A DNA stretch of 64,000 nt from Lingula anatina. Taxonomy: Eukaryota; Animalia; Brachiopoda. A program made the translations under genes and the position numbers. The stretch spans positions 14,322,001 to 14,386,000 of the forward strand of contig CM120641.1 in NCBI GenBank assembly GCA_051362555.1, written 5' to 3'. This document shows, piece after piece, positions 38,388-49,317 of the stretch (position 1 is the stretch's first letter; every line of letters starts with the position of its first letter). The notes beneath the pieces are model-generated. The model worked only from the letters and a program-made list of their open reading frames with translations, made no database searches and was not told the origin of the DNA.

Positions 38388-41300
38388 TTATCTAGAAGAG
38401 CTGGAAGACCTAGGTGTCCTTTTGACAGCAGATTTTACAGAAATTACTTTCTTCGTGTTTTGTTTTGAGCTTTTTACTCCTGTACCACTCTTGGTCTTTT
38501 TTGTTTTCTTTACAGTAACTGTTTCAACCAGATCCTCTCCAGTGGCATTTGCAGGTTCTTTTCTCAACTTTTTAGTGTTCTTTTTCTTTGTGGACTCAAT
38601 ACTTGTTTTTGTGGTAGGACCTTTAATAGTTTTGGAACTTTTCCCCTTTTTCACAGTTTCTTCTGCTTTCTCCTCAATGTTCTCAGATTTCTTCTTTGAT
38701 TTTTTAATGGGCGGAGGTACATTTTCCTCCTGAGCTGGTTTATCAACAACATCCGATTTTCTCTTTTTCTTTCCTTTCTTTACATCACTTTTATTCTGTC
38801 CATCTGATTCCTCTGGGATAATTTTGACCACCCCATGTCTTGTCACCTTGACTTTTCCCTCCTCAACAGTGGTGACATCTTCAGGTTCATCTTCCTCAGG
38901 TTTGGGAGGTGGAGATGGAAGAATCACCTCATCTGCAGTTCCTTTTAATAACAAATCAATTGAGGGTGCAAAAAGGCTTCCTAGACCTAACATATCTAAG
39001 GTTTAAAACTTTAAGCAAAGGCACTCAACTAAATTAGTTAAAAGATAAACCATTTTTTCACCATTACACAGCCATTTTTACATTATAATATTTATCTGCA
39101 ACAGAGATAAACTCGTTTAACCTCCATAATGACATGTTATGTCAGACAAACAGAAAAGGAATTACAAGCCCCAAAAGAAATCATTCAGCTTGTGCATAAC
39201 ATGACATCTAAATATCCTTGTTTACCTTGTTTTAATTTTCTTTCATGGTTTGTTTTGCCTTACCTAGTGACACATATATAGGAAGTGCTGGAGATGTCTC
39301 GGTCTTCACATGCATGCTTCTTATGTTGTTAACACCTCCAGGTATTGCTTGTGCGAGTGTTTTGGCAGCTGCCATGATATTTTCTGTTAACTCATCAAGT
39401 GTCATGTCACTGTGACCAACCTTAGCCATGCTGTATTGATGTAAAATGGAAAAAGGCCAGAATATTTGACTAATTATGGTTCTACGACCTGATTTTTTTT
39501 TTTTTACTTCCGCTTTAAAACTTCCCATCACTTCTTTTAAAAAATATTTAACTCTCATAAGTAATTTAAAATATTTATTCATAAGTAACAATGAAATATT
39601 TTAACTAATTCTTAAAAATGATACCATAGTATAAATAGGATCATTATGTCATTGAAACATTTCAGATAAACAATTAACTTTGGCCATTTCCATATTATTA
39701 CCCACCTGTTTGACCCTCGACCACTGATGATACACTGTGTATTATTCACTGCTTTGTTCACCTCCTGTTTCAGATCAGTGGCATTCAAATTTACCTGCAC
39801 TGGATGCCTATAAATAACACAATATCACATTCATAAGCATCAATTTTCAATTATAAAACATTACAACAGAGTGCAGACTGAGTGCTTATCAAATAACCCC
39901 AGTTCTAGTGCATTTCTCCTCCACTGGGTGCTTTAGTAGCCATTCCCTCAGTCTGGTAGTCTCTCTTTTAGCAATTATCAAGGTAGCCTTTATATTCTCT
40001 AAGTTCTGCCCTATTTTTTATTGTATATCTTACTAAAAATACAGTAATCAATATGAAGTAAAATTTTACATATAAAGCAGGTGGGAAGTTTAGTATAATA
40101 TAGTGACAAAATAAATTAAAAGTGTGATCTTCTTCTTGTAATAAAATTCTACTACAGCGGTTTTTGCAATAGGTCCTTGTAACAACTACTCATCTGGAAT
40201 AACAGCTTGTTTTCTTACCTCTTTCTTCCATAAAAGGCCTTTCCAAGAAACCCAGGTAGAAGTCTCAGTATTCTCTCATCTGCCAAGAATATATCAAATC
40301 TGTTGGAAAGACTTTTCTTGGCTTCAAATGGCTGATATTCCAGTTTAAGCTGCTTTAAAGGAATTATCTGAAAAAAATGTTACAAAATATTTTAATAAAA
40401 CAAATTTTTGCAGGAAAGGTACAGAAAACATACATGATTATTTAAAATCATTTAGGTCAATTTGGTACTGGATGAACACTCGGTAACAAATCACCTTTCA
40501 AATCTTTGAAATAAGAATTAAAACAAGCTCCTTGTGGGAACACTATGCAAAATTCATAACTTTTAAAATTTTATTTCTTTAAGTGTACCTCAGAAACACA
40601 CTTGACACCTTTACTTTGCAGAAGTTCTTGAAAATGCCTGACAGTAGGTCCATATTCTCTGTTTTTCTTGTCCAAATCTTTCACAAACAGGCACACGTCA
40701 GTTGTCTCACTGGTTATAGGATGACTGAGTGGACTGATGTTTTAAAAACCAAAATTATTGCAAGGTAAACAATATATAATCATAAATGATAAAAATACTA
40801 TTTTTATAAGATTGTCTCATATCTAAGTTTAAATGTAAAAATAAATACATCATCCTCACCTAATCCGGAATTAAAAACATACATGATTCAATAAATACCT
40901 TGAATATAAATATTTCAATGTAAAAATGATGGAACAACCTTTAGAGTAAGCTTACATGTAACAGGGTATTATTGTATGTTTTGAGTTAAGAAGGCTTATA
41001 CCAATGCGTTTACTCTCAGAGAAGATAATCCTTGCATATCTCACATTTAACTTTCTTGTTTATATGTCCATACTTACATCTTGATAATTTTGTTCTTCAC
41101 CTTTGGTATCACCTTGAACGTCAGCTGCAGCTTAACACTGTCAGCTTCATTAAGAAGTAGGTTGGCACCTTTCTTAGAAGCAAATGTCTTGATTGCTGAG
41201 GCTGCCTTTTTCACCTAAAAATGGTTATGTACAAAGTAATTGTACTGGCACTATTACTACTAGCACTACAAGCTGTGTACAGTGGCGTCTTACAAATCTG

Positions 41301-41510
41301 CCTCATTTTTCGCCCTTACATGCTGGATCTACGTATCTATACATGTAAATGCCGAGCATGTAAAATTAAAAATCGCCTCTGTGAAACTGATGTTAGCAAC
41401 TACCTTGCTGCACATTAGCTATGCAAAAAAAAATCACAAAAGTACCAAACATAAATAAACGTAAACTAAACAAGGCAACACACCTGTGCTTCATCTAAAT
41501 TCAGAGCCAT
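38388..41510 (-). CDS. RSL1D1: Ribosomal L1 domain-containing protein 1 (nucleolar; Lys-rich C-tail)
   Basis: Exons 41484-41510 (MALNLDEAQ), 41078-41214, 40589-40733 (DVCLFVKD), 40219-40367 (LKLEYQPFEAKK..FDIFLADERI..LGKAFY), 39706-39807 (HPVQVNL), 39264-39430 (KVGH..NIRSMHVKT..ALPIY), last exon ~38940-38388 Lys-rich (acceptor position uncertain). Confidence 0.9.
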
Positions 41511-41584
41511 TTCGGAAAATACAACCATAATCAGGCAATCATGTGAAGCCTATAACAACACTACTAAAAACCACGCGGCTCCTC

Positions 41585-41608
41585 CCGGAAGTGATCATAA
41601 CCGGAAGC
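41585..41608. promoter_or_regulatory. Tandem ETS/GABP motifs in the RSL1D1-PLD3 bidirectional promoter
   Basis: CCGGAAGTG (41585-93) and CCGGAAGC (41601-08), 75 bp from the RSL1D1 ATG and upstream of the likely PLD3 first-exon donor AAG|gtaagt at 41858/59. Confidence 0.6.
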
Positions 41609-41892
41609 ATGTGGACTGTGGCAGTCACGGGCTCGAGTTTTTATTTTAAACAAAATTACTCAAACACAAATAAACAATCAGTCCGACTGCATACATCCAA
41701 ATATCGATGTTTTATTGAACATAAAGCACATTTCGCATCTTTATAAAACTTTTAAAAGAAATCCTACTTCTGGCTAGCTTCATTGCTACAGGTGGGAAAG
41801 ACGATGCGATCACAACAAGGAAATGCTACTGCATCATGTGCATGTGATGTCAACTAAGGTAAGTTTTGTCAATTGGGATAACCACTGAAAAG

Positions 41893-41927
41893 TACTGAGA
41901 ATATAAGTATACTGAGAATATAAGTAT
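41893..41927. repeat. Two-copy 17-bp tandem duplication
   Basis: TACTGAGAATATAAGTA twice in PLD3 intron 1. Confidence 0.85.
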
Positions 41928-42269
41928 TTTTGAATCAGTTCACATATATCATCAAAAGCTTCTTTGTTTGACATTCGTGTGTAGTAATTTATCGTCAATC
42001 ATTTGAGAAATGGCCAACACTATTTTGACAGATTTCCAGTGCTCAGGTGATCATAATTATAACGCCAGTGATTCACTCAAGTTGCTTTCAGAAGTTTATT
42101 TTTTAATATTTTCAAAACAGCGAGTAAGAGAATAGAATTTGTATATGTATTTCAGTGAATTTTCCACCATGTCAGGACTAATTAAGTTAGAAATTGGCAC
42201 CAATCTAAAAACTGTCCAGACAAACCAGTAAATAAGCCCCATCATTCAGGCATTGAAGATACTCAAAAG

Positions 42270-45200
42270 ATGGACAACTACAAGCTGAATATAGCTGTTT
42301 TACTATTGGCCGTGGTGACAACTGCATCTGTTTTTTCTGCTTTCCTGGTCATCTATAGACATTCACCTTCTGCGTCTGTCAACCACACATGTAATGATCC
42401 ATGCAGGTAAAATATTGCTTGATAAAAGGGTGACTTAAATCATTTATTGACAATTTGATAATATTAGGATCTAATTATTGCTGAAGCACATTTCACTTTC
42501 ATTTCATGATGTGAAGATTGTTAGATTTGGCTAAGGAAATAATTGCTTTATGTCATTTTCATTTATTCTTCTTTTTTCCCCGTTGACCATCACTGTTACT
42601 GAGGACATATATGGTACAAATGTACATCTTTGTTGCCATAACATGAATTAAAGTATATCTTTTTTTCAGATTCTCCCTCATTGAAACCATTCCAGAAAAC
42701 CTCACTTACAATGGAACAAGTTTGAACCATCCTTCAATTTATGAGAGTTGGATGGAGTTGATAAGTGCAGCTAATGAGAGCATTGATATTGGAGCATTTT
42801 ATTTTACTCTACAGGGCAAAGATGTTATGGAAAATCCAGATCCTTCAGCAATCAATGTAAGGGATTCTTTTTCAATGTTTCAAAGTTATGAAGTACTGAA
42901 ACATGATACATGTATGCAGAAATTTTTTATTTTTTGTCTGTCAGTTACATTTCTATTTTCTGCCCTACAGAGAATTTGCTATGAAGATGTTAAAAGATGT
43001 TGAAATTGATATTCACTTTAAACCATGTGATAAAATTTTTAAAGTTTTTTTGATGAAAAACACAATGGTAATATTGTACTAACTTACTGTAGGGTGACAC
43101 AGTGTTCAATGGATTGAAAGATGCTCTGACAAAGAGGAAGCTGAAAGTGAGGATTGTTCAGTCCAAGCCAACTGGTGTAAGTCAGGGAAATGACACTGCT
43201 GTTCTGGGTCAGCTAGGTGAGTGAAATGGAAAAAATGGATTTAAGATAAGATATTAGATTAATTTAGGGAAATTGTGGCTTTTAACATTATTAGAAAGTA
43301 ATTATAATAACTGGTTTTAAAGTGAGTTCATGTCAGCATAATATGAGAAGTTGTCAAAATGTTTTTTCATTCTCAATGCTGTCAACAGCTTGAATTGACT
43401 TCCATAAATTTTTGTTCTCTAATTAGGTGCAGATGTTAGAAGCATAGACTTCCCTAAGCTTGTTGGAGCAGGGATACTACACACTAAACTGTGGGTTATA
43501 GATAATAAACATTTTTATGTTGGAAGTGCCAACCTTGACTGGAGATCTCTTGCTCAGGTGAACTTGTGTTACTACATATAGCCCATTCAGCATAATGCCA
43601 AACATGTCACCATAATGTTTCTGCAAGACATTTTTATAACATTGTTAAAACCTTTTGTATAACATTTTAAAAACGTTTTCTTGAAATATTATAATAATGG
43701 TTTAAAAGCATTTTTAAAAATGTTATTCAAAAAACCATACAAAACCATGTTAACCATGTTAAAACTGTACAAAATCATGTTATAAAAACATTATAAATGA
43801 CATTTTTATCACATTTGTGAAAACATTTTAATAACTTTTTAAAAACATTTTTGTCTTAACTTTCATCTTTAGTTCAGTTCTTAACACGTCAATTTATATC
43901 ATTTTGAACCGTTTTTATTGACATCTTTTACATTTTCCTGTAGGTGAAAGAACTGGGCACAGTCACATATGACTGTCCCTGTCTTGCTGCAGACATAGCT
44001 AAGATATTTGAAGCTTACTGGGCAATGAGTGCACCAGATGCTGAGATACCATCCCCATGGCCAGACAACTATGATACTATATATAACAACAGAACCCCTG
44101 CAGAAGTGAAGTTGAATGGGAAAGACCAGGCCATGGTGTACTTATCTGTAAGTCCATATAATCTTTTATGCTCCATAGCATTTCACTCATGATTAATCCA
44201 AAAGGTTTTTCAAAGGTCCACTTTCTATTTCACTATGCAATGGGGGTATTTCTTTTCATAATCTGCTGATGCCCATAGCATGTGGAGTTTACTAGAAACT
44301 TAACAAAAATTGTTAATCCATTTTCTTAGTATTATACATCAAAAGAATAATTGCAGATATCATATACACAGTATGAATAAAATCATATCTATTTAAGGCT
44401 TCATTCACATGCAATGTCTATTTTCTAAATTCTATTTTCTATTCGCGGTATGTCTTATGATCACGGTCTGTGCCCTGAATATCCCGCGGCATAATTACTG
44501 GCAGCGCGAGCCAGTTACTATAAGTTACTTTAAGTAACTGGCTCGCGCTGCCAGTAATTACGCCGCGGGATATTCAGGGCACAGACCTTGATCATAAGAT
44601 ACCGCGAATAGAAAATAGAATTTAGAAAATAGACATTGCATGTGAATGAAGCCTAAATGAAATTGATCATTTCAGAGCTCCCCACCTCAGTTCTGCCCTG
44701 CAAGTCGTACCACAGACATTGATGCTATTCTAGATATCATCAACAAAGCTCAGAAATTTATATATATTGCAGTGATGGATTATTTTCCCACTACGCTGTA
44801 TCTCCATCCCAACAGGTATTCACATTTCAACTAGCTGCCATGTTTGGGCTCATTTCCATTGAAACTATCATTCTATTAAGACCAATCCAACTCTGAAAGG
44901 ACTCACGCTGAATGCAATCAGATTTACAGATTAACACGTCTTTCTGCATGAGTCCCTGTAGAGTTGGATCAATCTACATGGAATTATTTAATTGGGAACG
45001 AGCCCTTAGAAGGTATAATGTGTGATGAAGGTTTCTTACTAAGGGATTTTAATTGCCAGTTATGTATTGTGCAGCCATTAATGGCTCTGTCTGTTGAAGA
45101 AGTACATGTGAAACTGAAAAACCAGTTACAATTTGGACCTCATTAGTAAAATTTTAATTTTGGAGTTAAATGTTTTTTTTTTTCAATTTACTCTGAGGTT

Positions 45201-47169
45201 TGCTAAGTACATATGCATGCAAATAATATTTTTTGTAATATAAAAAGTTATAAATACTGTATATTAAGTAACTAATTTCTGCTGTCATTCTCAAATGATT
45301 TTTTAAAATGTTTACTTTTATTCTGGACCCTGGATGCACTGTGATTAATTTCTCTCCATCACTGTATCATGCTTTCTTTACACATTATGTTTATATTCAA
45401 TAGCCTGGTTTGTGATAGACTTTGCCCTGGGAATTGCTACAATTTGTTTACATGTAATCTTTTTTCCCCAGAGCCTGGTTTGTGATAGACAATGCCCTGC
45501 GAATTGCAGCATATGAGAGGAATGTTGAAGTGAGAGTGTTGGGCAGTTGGTGGAATCACACACAACATTCTATGCCATATTTCTTGGAGTCCTTGAAATT
45601 ATACAGTAGACATATTCAAGTGGTAAGTAATCTGCCCATGCTTCTCACTCCAGCTTAATTGTATTTGAATGATTTACTCTGTGTCTGGATATTTTGCCGT
45701 CAGCTGCATCTTTTGTTACTATTAATGTTGCTATTGCAATTCGTGTGCAGTTTCTTGAATTTTTTTACTTTTAAACACAGAAGGAAAAGCCTGTAACTTA
45801 CTATTCTCAAACTTACAAGAATGATTCTTAGGACTAATAAATGACTTTAGATAAGAAACCAGCGTGATTGGATGATTTCTCTTGTTTTGGTAGAGTAAAG
45901 CGAAATCAATAAAACAGTGGAATGAATTCAATAGCATTGTGTACTTACGTAGTTTATATAATATTTTATCTAATTGTATGCGAATGATAATTACCTTACT
46001 CAAGGTTTTTCAACTTAGTCTTGATATATGCAAGTGTGAATTTTACTTGCAGAAACTCTTTGAAGTTCCAGCCTCAGTAAAGCAGGCCAAGATTCCATAT
46101 TCTCGTGTAAATCACAATAAATATATGGTCACAGAGAATGTGGCTTATGTAGGTAAGCGTGCTGGGTTTTGTGTGCACAAACCACAAGAAGGGGGGGGGA
46201 ATCCTCTTTTGCATATTTTTTTACTGCCTGTAAATTCATTTTAAGAAATTGAGAATGAACCAATACTTTAACCTAAAAGTTTGATTATTTAAATAATCAA
46301 ACATTTAAAAATAACAGATTTAAGCTCAAGACAGATTGAATCAAATCTATCTTGAAGAAGAAAATGTACATAAACACGCTGTGTTCAAGCTTATGTTAAT
46401 CTATGAGCGCATTCTCAACGAATTAAGCCAGGCTTTACAAAGCCGGTGACCTAAAAATGGCGGACGTACATGAAAGAAAGACCGCCTAATCTTTTAATAG
46501 TCTCTCCGCCTCCCCACACGTCGTCCCTGCGGGGTACAGTAATTAAATCTCGACTCTGTTCGCCATGCGGAAGCTACCTGAGAAATATTAAGTGCGCATG
46601 CTCATCAGTTAAACTCGTGGTGAAGAAAGCATGGCGGCTGAAGGCGATCGAAGGAAAAAAGCTCTTCTGTTCTATTATCTTTGAAAACAGAGACGAAAAA
46701 AGGAATAATTTGGCCCGTAGAGCAGCAATGAATCGACTATCTACGGAGATAATATCACCAGAGATATTCACGGAAATATTAATGTTCGGAGCCGAGATTT
46801 AATTACTGTACCCCGCAGGGACGACGTGTGCGGAGGCCTGTGAGAGACTATTAAAAGATTAGGCGGTTTTTCTTTCATGTACGTCCGCCATTTTTAGGTC
46901 ACCGGCTTTGTAAAGCCTGGCTTAATTCGTTGAGAATGCGCTCTATGTTTTAAACATGGTATTCCTTGATCATTTTTGTTTCACTTAATTACCCAGGTAC
47001 TTCCAACTGGTCTGGCGACTACTTCATTGACACTGGAGGCATAGGGTTCATTGTCAACCAGACTTCAAATTCTGCCAACAGTTCTATACCACAACAGCTG
47101 AAGGCCATATTTGACAGGGACTGGAATTCCAGTTATTCTCATCCTGTTACAGACCACATGAAAATATAG
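42270..47169 (+). CDS. PLD3: Phospholipase D3/D4 family 5'-3' exonuclease, type II membrane protein
   Basis: Exons 42270-42406 (TM, CNDPC), 42670-42856, 43093-43216, 43427-43557 ([18 protein letters not shown]; first HKD), 43944-44147, 44676-44815 (SSPP..YIAVMDY), 45472-45622, 46053-46152 ([11 protein letters not shown]; second motif), 46997-47169 ([17 protein letters not shown]). Confidence 0.92.
43610..43855. repeat. Degenerate short-motif array (AAAACATT/ATAACATT/AATGTT), probable decayed transposon subterminal region
   Basis: Many AAC(A/G)TT and AATGTT motifs in both orientations. Confidence 0.5.
44397..44653. mobile_element. Near-perfect palindromic MITE, PIF/Harbinger-like
   Basis: GGCTTCATTCACATGC...GCATGTGAATGAAGCC, ~120-bp arms with few mismatches, TAA on both flanks (44394-96, 44654-56). 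Confidence 0.92.
44846..45005. mobile_element. Old Harbinger-like MITE, family copy 3
   Basis: GGGCTCATTTCCA...TGGGAACGAGCCC; internal inverted ATCCAACTCT..GGACTCA / TGAGTCC..AGAGTTGGAT. Confidence 0.65.
46405..46943. mobile_element. MITE with ~150-bp TIRs and 3-bp TAT target duplication
   Basis: GAGCGCATTCTCAACGAATTAAGCCAGG...CCTGGCTTAATTCGTTGAGAATGCGCTC; TAT at 46402-04 and 46944-46. Confidence 0.92.
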
Positions 47170-48393
47170 TTGTTGACAGCATTGATTGAGATATCATTTG
47201 GCTGAAATATTTCATATTGTAATTAGTGACGGTTGCAATTGACTATGCAAGAATTCTCATATCCTAGATATCCTGAAATTTTTACTTATTACCATGGCCA
47301 GTACAGGAACTTCAGATAATCCAAAAACAGTTCATTGAGGTTGATAATTGGAACTCTTTCCTTGAATATTCTATAAAAACAAGCAATAATCGTTGGTAAA
47401 AAATCCCTAATCAAGAAGCAGTTGCAGATAATCTCTATTTTTTTTGTATTAAACAAATTTGATATTGTTTTATAGTTTCCATCTCAGGGTGAATGATGGG
47501 ATGCAAATTTAATATTTTTAACAGATAAATAAAACATGTATTGTGAATTGTTTGTCATGCTGTGTAGCTTTGATTGTTGATGTATATAATTATTGTGTAA
47601 ATTGTGATTTTGTTTGGCTTTGTTTAAAATTGTTTACATCAAGGTTGTTAGCAGATGGGACCTCATAAAAAGGCTGGACCATAAAACTTTCACTACTAAT
47701 AAAAAATTTACACTGTAATCTGTACTTTTTGTTTATTCATTCTATTGAGTCATTTGAAGTATAAGGTATATTAGGACCTGGTGTAAGAGTCCAAACTGTT
47801 TACCTACTGTGTATCTGCATCCTTCCCAATGTACGGGGTCTGGATGGTAGTTTGATTTTGCAGCATATGTACAGTTTCTTCTTCTGTAATTTCTACTTAC
47901 ATGGATACTCAGAATAATATATATTTTTTATAACTACACTGAAGAATGGAGCTTAAATTTCGATTGCTAAATTTTTAACAAGTGGAAAGGGAGGCAGATA
48001 TTACTTTCCTTGGGACAGGCAGCTGTGAGGCAAAAGGGGCAAAATGTTGAGAGAAAAAGATCTGAAGTGATGGCATATGTGTAGGAATTAGCAAAAGAAG
48101 TGGCAATATGAACACAATAAAATCACAGGAGAGAAGAACTCCACGTGTTAGAAAATTAGTATCTGGAGAATTTCATCAATGACACAAAATGACCATGGCA
48201 TTATTTGAAGCATTAATGAAATGTTTAGTTTATTATTTCCCAAATAATCTTTTTTTTTTCACTTAAATGAATTCACCACATGAATTCACCATTTTCATTC
48301 ATCTCTATTTTATACAGCTTTGGTTAGTTTGCACTCCTTGTCTTTGGTATTTAAAGAAGCAATGTTTTAATATTATGGAACATCAAAATTGCA

Positions 48394-48460
48394 GAGTAAT
48401 CCCTTAACAAATGATTTAATACTGTGAGAGTAATCCCCTAACAAATTATTTAATACTGTG
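48394..48460. repeat. Two-copy ~33-bp tandem duplication
   Basis: GAGTAATCCC.TAACAAAT.ATTTAATACTGTGA twice. Confidence 0.85.
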
Positions 48461-48890
48461 ATGTGTTTCACTTTACTCTGCAAGTACAAGCACCTTCATT
48501 TAATAACAGCTACTTATATCATAGATGATTAAAAATAAAGTATATATCAAAGTAATTTAATAAGTAGATAAAATTGCAATATAATATGAATTAATACTAA
48601 TGTTGTTTGACATTTCAAACATGAAATACATACCGGTAATTTCCCATCACATTAGTTTTATAATTCAATACAAGTTTTACTTAAATCAATGTTAATAGAG
48701 TTAATTTCATAAATAATAATCCAGTAAATATATGAGAAGTTACAAATGAGTTATATATGACCACTTCATAAGGAAGACTAGAATTTAGCTGTATGTCAAA
48801 AATTAGTCACCTGCTTTTTTCACAGATTTGTGCCATACATGATCCTTAAAGCCAATATTTCAGAATCAATTGAGCAATTTTTCAACTTAT

Positions 48891-49266
48891 TCATGACTTC
48901 TTCAGTGTGAGATAAATTGCTTTCAACCACACAGAAACTGCCACAGCCCCAGCATCTGGCTGGGTTTGTAGGTCTTTGCTGACATAGCTAGCACGGCCAG
49001 CACGGGCTGTCATGTTTGCAGTGTCTGCTGCTGCCTGTTCTGCTGCCTGCAAGAAAACATTCATAATGCTGGTGACACAAAAGATTCCTTTTGAAATGAT
49101 AAAATATGAACGCTGACTTCATATAACTCTAGTACATACTAAATCAAATATCAAGTTTCCTAATAAATAAATAAATAAATTCATTAGATGTAGCTCCTGA
49201 GTGAAACTTGGAAATTCATCTTGGTTAATTCATACTTCTCTGCCTTCCCCACTTTCTCTACTCCCC

Positions 49267-49317
<51 letters not shown>

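Noticed and set aside
38344-38733. 129-aa hydrophobic plus-strand ORF resembling a membrane protein
   Set aside because: Antisense of the Lys-rich RSL1D1 tail; Phe-richness comes from the reverse complement of AAA/AAG codons
46470-46802. 110-aa ORF and antisense 65-aa ORF inside the MITE
   Set aside because: Lie within TIR/core of a non-autonomous element; no recognisable transposase motif
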